Assembly: GCA_017610445.1 (NCBI GenBank)
Contig: JAFCCB010000001.1
Location: forward strand, 1-48,246
DNA length: 48,246 nt
Direction: 5' to 3'
From: Candidatus Dojkabacteria bacterium
GTDB taxonomy: Archaea; Nanobdellota; Nanobdellia; Pacearchaeales; GW2011-AR1
The translations under genes and the position numbers were made by a program. The notes beneath the pieces are model-generated. The model was not told the origin of the DNA, searched no databases, and saw only the letters and a list, made by a program, of their open reading frames with translations. This document shows, piece after piece, positions 1-9,100 of the stretch (position 1 is the stretch's first letter; every line of letters starts with the position of its first letter).

Positions 1-1
1 A

Positions 2-97
2 AAGTATGGTGGGGCGGTTCTTGCTAAAAAATCTAAAGGAGTTAAGACAGAAATTTATTGTAAAGCTATTGCACATAATTTATCTCTTGTGCAATAG
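2..97 (+). CDS. DDE transposase, C-terminal fragment (5' part lies outside the window)
   Basis: An open frame enters from the left edge: KYGGAVLAKKSKGVKTEIYCKAIAHNLSLVQ, stop TAG 95-97. The E..(6)..K...HNL tail resembles the C-terminal end of IS4/IS5-type transposases (compare NEETLRWINHNINVL in the complete IS at 28619-29461). It is too short for the ORF track. Confidence 0.4.
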   Translation, partial: KYGGAVLAKKSKGVKTEIYCKAIAHNLSLVQ

Positions 98-130
98 AGA
101 TTTTCAACAGGGCCGCCTAAATAATTAAAC

Positions 131-137
131 TTATAAA
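131..137 (+). promoter_or_regulatory. TATA-like box for tRNA-Gln
   Basis: TTATAAA lies 24-30 nt upstream of the mature tRNA 5' end, which is the usual archaeal TATA-to-start spacing. Confidence 0.4.
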
Positions 138-160
138 CCAAAAATCTTTCAGAGTTCTAT

Positions 161-233
161 AGCCCTGTAGTGCAGTGGTCAAGCATCGATGCCTTTGGAG
201 CATTGGACCCAGGTTCGAATCCTGGCAGGGCTA
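161..233 (+). tRNA. tRNA-Gln (anticodon UUG)
   Basis: 73-nt cloverleaf folded by hand. Acceptor AGCCCTG/CAGGGCT (7 bp, A1:U72), D stem GTGC/GCAT, anticodon stem GATGC/GCATT with loop CTTTGGA (anticodon TTG). 4-nt variable loop, T stem CCAGG/CCTGG with TTCGAAT loop, discriminator A233. No encoded CCA and no intron. Confidence 0.9.
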
Positions 234-275
234 TTTAAACATAAATTTAAATAATCAAATATATAACCAATTAAC

Positions 276-638
276 ATGCCAAAAACTAAAAAAACAAAAA
301 TAGAAAAACCTGTCTGGTTAAAATATACAAAAGATAAAGTAAAAGAAATCATCTTAAAATTAGCTGAAAAAGAACTAACAGCTGAAAAAATAGGCCTGAC
401 TTTGAGAGACCAGTATGGAATACCAAAAGTAAAACTTTACAATCTTAAAATAAGTGAAATTCTCAAACAAAAAAATAAATTTAAAGAACCGACAGAATTA
501 AATTTGCAGAAAAAATTGACAAAACTCGCAGAACATTACAAAAAAAATAAGCAGGACAAAAAATCCGAACGCGCTTTAATAATAACAAAAACAAAACTCA
601 AAAAAATCAAGGATTATCTAATAAAAAAAGAAAAATAA
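276..638 (+). CDS. rps15: 30S ribosomal protein S15 (uS15)
   Basis: 120-aa very basic protein. The N-terminal S13e-type extension and the C-terminal S15 helical region (LTLRDQYGIPKVK ... KSERALIITKTKLKKI) are typical of archaeal S15P. Confidence 0.85.
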   Translation: MPKTKKTKIEKPVWLKYTKDKVKEIILKLAEKELTAEKIGLTLRDQYGIPKVKLYNLKISEILKQKNKFKEPTELNLQKKLTKLAEHYKKNKQDKKSERALIITKTKLKKIKDYLIKKEK

Positions 639-732
639 TTTTAAAAACCAGCCTCTCTTAAGATATTCTTAAAGAATAACCCCCTCAAACTATGCTCTCC
701 AGCAATTTAAAATTATTTAATATTAACATAAT

Positions 733-743
733 ATTTATATAAA
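733..743 (+). promoter_or_regulatory. TATA box (near-leaderless geometry) for the RecJ-like gene
   Basis: ATTTATATAAA lies 20-30 nt upstream of ATG 763, with no Shine-Dalgarno sequence in between. Confidence 0.4.
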
Positions 744-762
744 CAAAATAATAAAAAAGAGA

Positions 763-2097
763 ATGATTGAAAAAGAAGTTAAAGAATTCACACAAAAATT
801 TTTAAAAAAAATAAACAGGAAAAAAATTCATTTAGTCAGTCATTTTGATACAGACGGAATAACTGCCCTGACTATTTTTTCAAAAACCTTAAAAAAGTTA
901 GGCAGACAATTTTCAGTCAAGATAATTAAGCAATTAACTGAAAATGAAATCAATTTATTCCCAAAAAATAAAATTATCATATTATTAGATTTAGGCTCAA
1001 ATAACTTAATCAAATTATCCAAACTGCAAAATCAAATTATTATAATAGACCATCATGAATTAGAAAATAGAAAAATTCCAGAAAATATAGAAATAATAAA
1101 TCCCCATCTTTTAAACAACCCTGAAAACTTATGCGCTTCAGAATTATCTTACCTTATTTCAAAAGAAATCTCAAAAGAAAACAAAACTCTCGCTTACCTC
1201 TCAATAATCGGCATGGTTGGAGATGTCACAGACAGAAATATAAACAAAACAAAAAATATAATAATAAAAGATTCAAAAGTAAAAGTAAAAAAGGGGCTTC
1301 TTTTATATCCTTCAACACGCCCGTTAGATAAAACAATTGAATTCAGTTCTCGTCCATTTATCCCAGGAGCAACAGGCAGTTATCATGGAGCAGTAGATTT
1401 ATTAAAAGAAGCAGGAATTGAGAAAACAGGCAAAATTTACAAAGCATTGATTGACTTAGACGAAAACGAAATGAAAAAACTAACAACAACAGTTTTACTA
1501 AGATTCTCATCAGAAGACAAAACACAAGAATACCTTGGAAATCTTTACCTGATTAAATTCTTTAATAAAATTGAAGATGCAAGAGAACTCTCTGCAGTAA
1601 TCAATGCATGCAGTAAAATGGGCTACTCTGAAATAGCTTTTATGATGTGTATGGGAAATGCAAAAGCAAGAAAAAGAGCAGAAAAAATTCATATAAAATA
1701 CCGTCAATACATTGTCTCAAGTTTAAGATATATAGACCAAAATCACAAAATCCAGGGAAGAGAATATGTTATAATAAACGCGAAAAATAACATAAAAGAC
1801 ACACTAATTGGGACAATCGCAAGCATACTTTCTTTCTCATCAGTATACAAAAAAGGCACAATTATTATCACAATGGCATACAACAACGATAAAATAAAAA
1901 TCTCAACGAGGATAGCAGGAAGAAACTCAAAATCCAACAGGAACTTAAAACAATTGCTTGATTCAATAATGAAAACAATTGGCGGTGAATATGGCGGGCA
2001 TAAAAACGCTGCCGGTTGCACAATTAATATAAAAGACGAAGAAAAATTTATTGATTTAATTAAAAGAAAATTAGAATTTGAAGTGATTAAAGTGTAA
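763..2097 (+). CDS. DHH/DHHA1 phosphoesterase, archaeal RecJ/Cdc45-like (GAN-type) nuclease
   Basis: DHH motifs HLVSHFDTDGITA, LDLGS, IIIDHH and GMVGD, plus the DHHA1 motif GGHKNAAG near the C-terminus. Confidence 0.7.
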   Translation: MIEKEVKEFTQKFLKKINRKKIHLVSHFDTDGITALTIFSKTLKKLGRQFSVKIIKQLTENEINLFPKNKIIILLDLGSNNLIKLSKLQNQIIIIDHHELENRKIPENIEIINPHLLNNPENLCASELSYLISKEISKENKTLAYLSIIGMVGDVTDRNINKTKNIIIKDSKVKVKKGLLLYPSTRPLDKTIEFSSRPFIPGATGSYHGAVDLLKEAGIEKTGKIYKALIDLDENEMKKLTTTVLLRFSSEDKTQEYLGNLYLIKFFNKIEDARELSAVINACSKMGYSEIAFMMCMGNAKARKRAEKIHIKYRQYIVSSLRYIDQNHKIQGREYVIINAKNNIKDTLIGTIASILSFSSVYKKGTIIITMAYNNDKIKISTRIAGRNSKSNRNLKQLLDSIMKTIGGEYGGHKNAAGCTINIKDEEKFIDLIKRKLEFEVIKV

Positions 2098-2114
2098 ATT
2101 TTCTGATTAAAAAT

Positions 2115-2300
2115 TTAATTCAAAACTTCCACAACTCTTGCTTTTATATCTGCTTTTCCGCCTTTTGGTTCTGCTAAAACAGCGTCACAAACCAAGCATT
2201 TAACTTTTGTTGTCGCTCCTTCAAATATTATCTGCTCATTCTTGCAACTCTGACATCTCACTTTTAAAAATCTATTTTTCCTTTTCATAAAAACATACAT
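2115..2300 (-). CDS. rps27e: 30S ribosomal protein S27e
   Basis: Small basic protein with a C4 zinc ribbon, CQSC-x14-CLVC (FLKVRCQSCKNEQIIF...KCLVCDAVLAEPKGGKA). An alternative ATG at 2288 would give MKRKNRF. Confidence 0.85.
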   Translation of the reverse strand: MYVFMKRKNRFLKVRCQSCKNEQIIFEGATTKVKCLVCDAVLAEPKGGKADIKARVVEVLN

Positions 2301-2308
2301 AAGAGAAG

Positions 2309-2318
2309 GTTTTTAAAC
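2309..2318 (+). promoter_or_regulatory. TATA box for the aIF-2 alpha gene (divergent from rps27e)
   Basis: GTTTTTAAAC lies 21-30 nt upstream of ATG 2339. Confidence 0.35.
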
Positions 2319-2338
2319 ATTACTAATTAAAGAATTTT

Positions 2339-3061
2339 ATGATACAAGAACTACAAGAAGGACAAATAGTATTATGCACTGTAGATAAAATAGTTGGAAC
2401 TATTGTATTTGTAAAAATTGAGAACAATAGTGAAGGAACAATAGTAACCCCAGAAATCTCCCCGGGAAGGATCAGAAACCTAAGAGATTATGTTGTTCCA
2501 GGAAAAAAAATTGTTTGTAAAATTTTAAAAATTAAAGATAAAAATATCTACCTTTCATTAAGGCGAGTCAAGCAAAATGAAAAAAAAGAATTTTTAAATC
2601 AGGTTAAAAAAGAAAAAAATTTCAAAGCAATATTAAAAACAGTTTTAGGAAAACAAGAAGCTGAAAAAATAATTAATGAAATAATAAAAACATATTTTAT
2701 TCTTGATTTTTCTGAAGAAATTAAAACCTCACCAAAAATCTTGGAAAAATATACAACAAAACAGCAAGCTAAAAAAATCCTAAAAATTTTAGAGTCAAAA
2801 AAAGAAAAACCAAAGCAAATCAGGCAAATATTTAAACTCTCAAATAAATCATCACAGGGAATAATAATCATAAAAAAAATAATTCAGGATGCAAATAAAA
2901 ATTCAAAAGCTGACATCAGTTATCTTGCAGCAGGAAAATACAGAATAACAATTACAGGGCAAGATTTTAAACAATTAAAAACCCAAATCAATTCTATCTT
3001 ACAGAAAATTAAAAAACAGGCAAAAAAACAGGGTTGTGAATTTAGTGTTGAAAAAAGTTAG
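2339..3061 (+). CDS. eif2a: translation initiation factor aIF-2 alpha subunit
   Basis: N-terminal S1/OB domain (GQIVLCTVDKIVGTIVFVKIE...GRIRNLRDYVVPGKKIVCKILKID..LSLRRV) followed by helical and alpha-beta domains. Sits next to rps27e as in many archaea. Confidence 0.8.
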   Translation: MIQELQEGQIVLCTVDKIVGTIVFVKIENNSEGTIVTPEISPGRIRNLRDYVVPGKKIVCKILKIKDKNIYLSLRRVKQNEKKEFLNQVKKEKNFKAILKTVLGKQEAEKIINEIIKTYFILDFSEEIKTSPKILEKYTTKQQAKKILKILESKKEKPKQIRQIFKLSNKSSQGIIIIKKIIQDANKNSKADISYLAAGKYRITITGQDFKQLKTQINSILQKIKKQAKKQGCEFSVEKS

Positions 3062-3070
3062 GAAAAGTTT

Positions 3071-3562
3071 TTAAAATTGTTCTTTATAAATAAGCAATTT
3101 TAATCCTTCTAAACTAACTCCTAAATCACTTTCAGAAATTGTATAATTTAAATCAAAATCCCCCACATTACTAATCCTCATAACAACAGTTTTTGTTTTT
3201 CTGCCACTATATCCTCCATCAACATCACCACTATCTGCGAAAGATATTTTTCCTAAAACAGCTGCACCATTTTTTATATCTATAGTATAAGTATAATCTA
3301 AGTTTGGAGGGCTTGGAACTATTTCAGCTGTTGCAAATATTAACATAGGGGTATTAGTAGAACCAATTAACGAATCCTCTAACAAATTATACTCTATATA
3401 AAATTGCAAACCCCCCTCAATCTCATCAGCAGGATGCCCATGAATCTGCCATTTTGGTGTTGCACCATTAGCAACAACAAACCCAACCCCAATCAAAAAC
3501 ACAACTACAGCACTAAGCAACCATAAATCTTTTTTCTGGATATTAATATTTAAATTTACCAT
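3071..3562 (-). CDS. membrane-anchored extracellular protein, paralog 1 (GHxxDEI motif)
   Basis: N-terminus MVNLNINIQKKDLWLLSAVVVFLIGVGFVV (signal anchor), then WQIHGHPADEIEGG. The N-terminal ~45 aa are paralogous to 4920-5309. Confidence 0.5.
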   Translation of the reverse strand: MVNLNINIQKKDLWLLSAVVVFLIGVGFVVANGATPKWQIHGHPADEIEGGLQFYIEYNLLEDSLIGSTNTPMLIFATAEIVPSPPNLDYTYTIDIKNGAAVLGKISFADSGDVDGGYSGRKTKTVVMRISNVGDFDLNYTISESDLGVSLEGLKLLIYKEQF

Positions 3563-3609
3563 CTTTTTTCTCTTATTAATAATAATCCCTACTTTTTAAA
3601 TATTCTGAT

Positions 3610-4866
3610 TCAAAACAACTCCCTCTGCACTCCAATTTCTTTTTTGTTATCACTTTCTCCTAATAAAGCAACACCATATTGACCGTCAAAGCCGGGGTTT
3701 ACATCTATCTCCCCAACCCTATTCTTCATAATCAGCTCAATAAGCACTTCACTCTTCAAAACTTTAGTTAAATCTTCTTTAGAAACATTCAGCAAAATAT
3801 TAAATTCTGTTTTAAAATTTTCAATTAATTCATAATAAATTTTCCAAACAGCTTTTGAATTTATTCCAATTCCTAAAGCCAAACTTATTAATTCATGTAA
3901 AGGCAACAAAGTATAATATTTTTTTTTGCCTTTATTATCAGCATCTTCACTTGCTAATTCTTCAACCCTATAATCAACACCAATAACTAAGGGATTTCCA
4001 CATTTAGGACAAATTCCATTTAATTCTTTTGTCTTAGTAGGACTGCATGAAAAATCACAATTTCTATGCCCATCATAATGATATTTTCCATAAGCAGGAT
4101 TTGTTTCAATAGTTCCAATAAAACTATTCTCACGAATCTGTTTTAATATTAAATCATAACTTAATTTTTCTCCTTCCTCTAATCTAAAAATTGTTGCTTC
4201 TCTTCCAAGACGCCAAGGCCAAAAAGAATGAGCATCTGAATTAGAAACAATTGAAATATTTTCTAAATCCTTGATTTTCCAGTTCATTGCAGGATCCGAC
4301 GAAATTCCTGTTTCAATTGCATGAATTCTCCCCCTCATATCTCCAAATGCCTCATCTAAATTATCATACCCACCTTTACTTCCAAAAATCCCAAACCACG
4401 GCGTCCAAATATGAGCAGGAATTATCTCAATTCTATCATCTATCTCAGCCATTTTAGCAACAAAATCCCTACAACTTATTTTAAAAATCGGGCGCCCATC
4501 ATAATCTCTTCGTCCTTTAGAATCTAACCAAGAATTAATCTTTTCAACAGCAGAAATTGAAGGAGCAAGATAAAGTAAATGAACCCTCCTACCCTTATCT
4601 TTATCAGTATAAATTAAACTTATTTCAGAAGAAAGAATAAATGGAAAACCTCCTTTATTATCCTCATACCATAAAATTCCATTATCTTCTCTAAGTTCTT
4701 TTAGTTCAGAAAGCCATTCAGGATGTGTAAAATCTCCTGTTCCTAATAAATTCAATCCTTTCACACGAGCCCATTTAACTAAATTAAGAATATTAATAGC
4801 AGAACTGCATGCTCGACTAAAACGAGAATGAATGTGGAAATCTGCAAAAACCTGTTTGTTTGTCAT
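3610..4866 (-). CDS. PHP-domain nuclease, endonuclease Q (EndoQ)-like
   Basis: PHP motif ADFHIHSRFSRA ... GLNLLGTGDFTHPEW ... SNSDAHS, and a C-terminal Cys cluster CDFSC...CPKCGNPL, matching the EndoQ architecture as I recall it. Confidence 0.6.
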   Translation of the reverse strand: MTNKQVFADFHIHSRFSRACSSAINILNLVKWARVKGLNLLGTGDFTHPEWLSELKELREDNGILWYEDNKGGFPFILSSEISLIYTDKDKGRRVHLLYLAPSISAVEKINSWLDSKGRRDYDGRPIFKISCRDFVAKMAEIDDRIEIIPAHIWTPWFGIFGSKGGYDNLDEAFGDMRGRIHAIETGISSDPAMNWKIKDLENISIVSNSDAHSFWPWRLGREATIFRLEEGEKLSYDLILKQIRENSFIGTIETNPAYGKYHYDGHRNCDFSCSPTKTKELNGICPKCGNPLVIGVDYRVEELASEDADNKGKKKYYTLLPLHELISLALGIGINSKAVWKIYYELIENFKTEFNILLNVSKEDLTKVLKSEVLIELIMKNRVGEIDVNPGFDGQYGVALLGESDNKKEIGVQRELF

Positions 4867-4919
4867 AAAATAAAAAATAAGAATTAGTTTTTATAGATTG
4901 TTGTAATTTAATTAAAAAA

Positions 4920-5309
4920 TTATTTACAACAAAATTGAGGATTATTAGTACTAACCCATTGTTGATTAGGTTCTCCAGCACAATTATCTCCTCTATATCT
5001 TGCAATATTTTCATAATCTACAAAAGTACCTTGATAAGAAGTCCATTCCCCACCACAAGTTTTACAGAAAGTACATGCAGGAGAAGAAACTCCTCCAATC
5101 CACCCATCATCAATCAAACTTTGCAATGTAACTAAACTTCCTGAAGTATCATTAACCATAATTTCATCACTTGAATGTCCATTAACCTGTGCTTCATCCC
5201 CAGAATAATCACCAAAACCTATTATCAACCCAACCCCAATTAAAAACACAACAATAGCTGAAAGCAACCACAAATCCTTTTTCTTAATATCAACTCTCAA
5301 ACTCACCAT
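4920..5309 (-). CDS. membrane-anchored Cys-rich extracellular protein, paralog 2 (GHxxDEI motif)
   Basis: MVSLRVDIKKKDLWLLSAIVVFLIGVGLII, then VNGHSSDEIMVN. C-terminal half has 7 Cys (CTFCKTCGG...NCAG...FCCK). Confidence 0.5.
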   Translation of the reverse strand: MVSLRVDIKKKDLWLLSAIVVFLIGVGLIIGFGDYSGDEAQVNGHSSDEIMVNDTSGSLVTLQSLIDDGWIGGVSSPACTFCKTCGGEWTSYQGTFVDYENIARYRGDNCAGEPNQQWVSTNNPQFCCK

Positions 5310-5315
5310 TTTTCT

Positions 5316-5339
5316 TAATAATAATAATAATAATAATAA
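5316..5339. repeat. (TAA)8 microsatellite between the TATA region and the ATG of 4920-5309
   Basis: Eight perfect TAA units lie 7-30 nt upstream of ATG 5309. The paralogous gene has only 3 units at the equivalent place (3576-3587 region). Confidence 0.9.
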
Positions 5340-5455
5340 ATTAGATTATTTAAATATATTGATATCTTCTTAAAAAATTATGCGAAAATAATTGTTCATC
5401 AAGCTATGTTCTAATCTCCAAAACTCAAAATCCTACAAAATTATCAGTTATAAAA

Positions 5456-5989
5456 TCAAATCCTCAAAAATCTAACTAACTGATAAATATCCCCAGAAGA
5501 AAAAGTTATATTTGAAACAGTTATCTGAATAAGCGCCAGCAGCCACATAAATAAAATCCAATTAATCCCTAAAATCAAAGCAAGATTAACCTCTTTTTTA
5601 ACTCTAATCCTATAAAACAAATAAACATTAATAAAAGTCAAATAAATCCCAATCAAAAACAAAAATCTCAAATCAGAAACAATCCCTGCAATATTAATTT
5701 CAGTCCGCTTATATTTATCTAATTCCTTATATGCTTGTAAATCAAACCTTGTAACACCCAACTTAACAACCTTTGGATTAAAAAAATTAGGAATTGTCTC
5801 TAACAAATTAAAATTATAAGTATTTTCTATTCCATACTTATCCAACACTTTCTGATGTCCACGCTCATGAAAATATGTTGAAACCTGAACTAAGTAAGGC
5901 AAAACAAAAAATATAGTCACAAATAAAAATGCTGCAACACAAAAAACTTTCCAAGCATTATCACTCATAATCCTCTTTTTTAAATCCAT
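5456..5989 (-). CDS. polytopic membrane protein with HExxH (putative zincin-type membrane peptidase)
   Basis: HERGH follows directly after the first TM helix, and several further TM helices come after it. Confidence 0.4.
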   Translation of the reverse strand: MDLKKRIMSDNAWKVFCVAAFLFVTIFFVLPYLVQVSTYFHERGHQKVLDKYGIENTYNFNLLETIPNFFNPKVVKLGVTRFDLQAYKELDKYKRTEINIAGIVSDLRFLFLIGIYLTFINVYLFYRIRVKKEVNLALILGINWILFMWLLALIQITVSNITFSSGDIYQLVRFLRI

Positions 5990-6149
5990 GATTAATTAAG
6001 AAAAATATAATTAATAAATGTTCTTATCTTAAAATTCTCTTAAAATAATCATCATTAAATTCAATAATTTCAGATATAAAAATCTAAAAAATTTCCAAAG
6101 TTAAAGTTTCTAAAATCTCTGATTTCTCAAAATTTTATAAAATTATCAA

Positions 6150-9100
6150 TTAATCTTCTTTATCACTCAGCCCTTTTTTCCCAATCCAAAAAACACACTC
6201 ATTATCAGGAAGATTAGGGCTGTCAATTAACTTAGCAACTCTGCTTCCTTTTCTACCCCTCCTAATATATAATCTAAATGTTGAATTATGAACAACAAAA
6301 CCATTAGCAATATAATTTTCATTTTTAGGAACAGAAAAATCATAAAATAATTTTCTACCACCATTCTCACTAATTTTAATCTTCCTAATTTTTTCAAATC
6401 TGAAATCTGACTTCAACAACTTAAAAATAAACTCAATTTTCTGTTTAATCTGCCTATCTTTAATCTCAATATTCATTAAAGAATTTAATACTTTATTTAA
6501 CTCTCTTCTGTTAATCCATTGATAATTCTCTTGTCTTGATCTAATAATCAAAGAAGGTTGTAATCCTGCTTCCTTTAACAAATCCCAAACATCTTTTCTT
6601 TTAATAGGCATCATTTCTCTCTTGTAAGTACTATCACAATAATTTACACAATCCAATAATCTTTTTTGTTTGTCCAAAGCACTAAAACCAATTTGCAAAT
6701 AATCTTTCACACTTCTGTCTCTTATAGAAAGAACAGACATTTTCTTTTTTCCAACATCAAATCTTAAAAAACTCCTTATTCCAAATCTTAATAAAAACAA
6801 TTGTAGATATCTCAAAATTTGTTTTTCTTTTTGAGCAACACTAATCCTCGCTCTTTTTTTATTAATATGCCCTTCAGCATCTACAAATCCTTTAATAAAT
6901 GAACCAACCACATCATTTTTAGATTTAGCAATAATATTCAAAATATCAGGCATAAATAATTTGAAAAAATCAGAAATTTCCTTTGAATTAATATTTAATG
7001 TAAAACAATTTTTACTGCTCATTTTTGAAATTCTCCCTTTAATATTAAATAAATTTTTAAATAAAATTCTATACTGTTCAAGAACTTCAAATCTCTCGTC
7101 CCTAAACCTCAATCCTCTTAACTCAAAATTTCCATCACCAATAAAATACCCGCAAACTTGCGCAAGTTCTGAATTCATTACAGATGGAATAGATAAATCT
7201 CTGTGTTTATGAGTTTGCACAGGAATCATTTCTAATTGAAGTCCATTAAAACAATTCTTCAGGTTACTTAAAACACTAATAGAAGTTGAATAATTCTGAT
7301 TTAACACTCTCCTAAATTGTCTTGAGGTTATTCCTATTTTCCTACATATTTCCTTTCTTAAAACATTTCCCTCAATCAACTTTTCCTTAATTTTTTTAGC
7401 AGATTTTTTAGAAATCCTTCCAACTCTCTCAATATTTTTTAAAGGTAATTTTTGTTCTTCTCCATTAATTTCAATTCTCCCGATTTGAGCAATAAAATCC
7501 CTTTCTTTCAAATCCTTAGCCTCTTTTTCAACCAAAGAAAAATTCTCTATTGCAAAAAATCTATGCAATTTAGAACAGTTTATTTCATTAGTTGTTTGTA
7601 TTTTATATTCTCTATCAACATTAGGATTTACAAAAACCAATTCAGAATCTGTTTTTTCAAAATTTAATTTTTGAAAATTTCCCGAAATTATATTATCTTG
7701 TTTCATGTCTTTAATTTCTTTTATACTCCCATCTGCTAATTGTATTAAACTATCGCCTGTTAAACAAGCATGCCCAACAATATTGCCTCCAATAGGGGTT
7801 GTAGGATCCCCAAACATCATTGCAGGATTTGACATAACCTGATTAGTAACATAAACACCTAAATTAAACTGCTCTGCTATTTTCATTAAATTATGCAGAT
7901 ATTTATTTAACTTCTGTTGTCTGTCTGCTAATTGCCCTCTGCCGCCAAACTCTGCCCTAAAATGTGCAGTTAAAGAATCAATAATAACTAATTTAATATC
8001 CTCGCCGTCTTTAATCATCTCTCCAATTTTATCAATCAAAAGCATCTGATGATCTGAATTAAAAGCTCTTGCAACCAAGATATTTTTCAGAACATTTTCA
8101 GAATTCATGCCTTTTGCTTCTGCAATTTGTCTTACTCTTTCTGGACGAAAAGTTCCTTCTGTATCAATAAAAACCGCTTTTCCCTCGCATCCTCCCATTT
8201 CAGCAGGTAATTGAACATTAACAGCAAGACTCAATCCTAATTGTGTATTATGCATAAAAGTAGGCATATTTCCCCCAATAAAAGAATGTCCAAAAGGAAC
8301 AACAAAATCATAAACATAATCATCATAATCAATTTCTTTAATTTCAGTAATCTTATCCCATTTAAAATCCTCTAAACTATCCATTAAATCTAAAACTTTT
8401 TCTAATTTATTTTTTCTAATTATCAATTCTCCTAACAAAGCTCTTTTCAAAATCTCTTTTCTATTTTCAGGAATTTTTCTTAAATTATAATTTCTAATAC
8501 TAGATTTTTTAATTCCTATTTGATTAGCTAAAAAACTAAAAGCAAAAGGAAGTTTATCAAAAATCTTCTTTAACAAATCAAAATCAAACTCATTTCCCAA
8601 CACTTCTTTAATCAAATTATCCATACTCCTTTTACCTTCTAAAAAAAGGAGTTTCATAATATTAAATGTCTTAGAATTCATATTCTCAACTATATTTTCA
8701 CGAGTAAGATGCCTGTAGGCCATACTATCTGAATTTATTTTACCAATTTCTTTTCTATGTCTCCCCCGATTTCCACCAATAGTTTCAGAATAAACTTTTC
8801 TTAAAAAACTAATAATTTGTTTAGGATATCCATATTTACTATTAATTTGAAAATAATTTGCTCTTTTAAATTTAAATGGAAAATCATTAAATTTTAATCT
8901 GCTCTCTCCAACAACAAAAATAATATAAAACTCCACACCCTCAATAATCTTTGTTCTAACAGTTGTTGCAACTCCTAATCTTAAAAAAAGATAATTCAAC
9001 TGAATAGCAAGTTTTTGGCTTTTAGTAGTGACTGACAAACTTCTTTTAGAAATTTCACCATCTCCTTCAATATATCCTGCAAGAAAAGAAGTAATAATTT

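Noticed and set aside
5316-5339. The (TAA)8 tract, the (TTAAA)4 tract at 48081-48100, and other short repeats were considered as CRISPR-like or minisatellite arrays.
   Set aside because: The units are far too short and have no spacers. There are no repeat-spacer arrays anywhere in the window.
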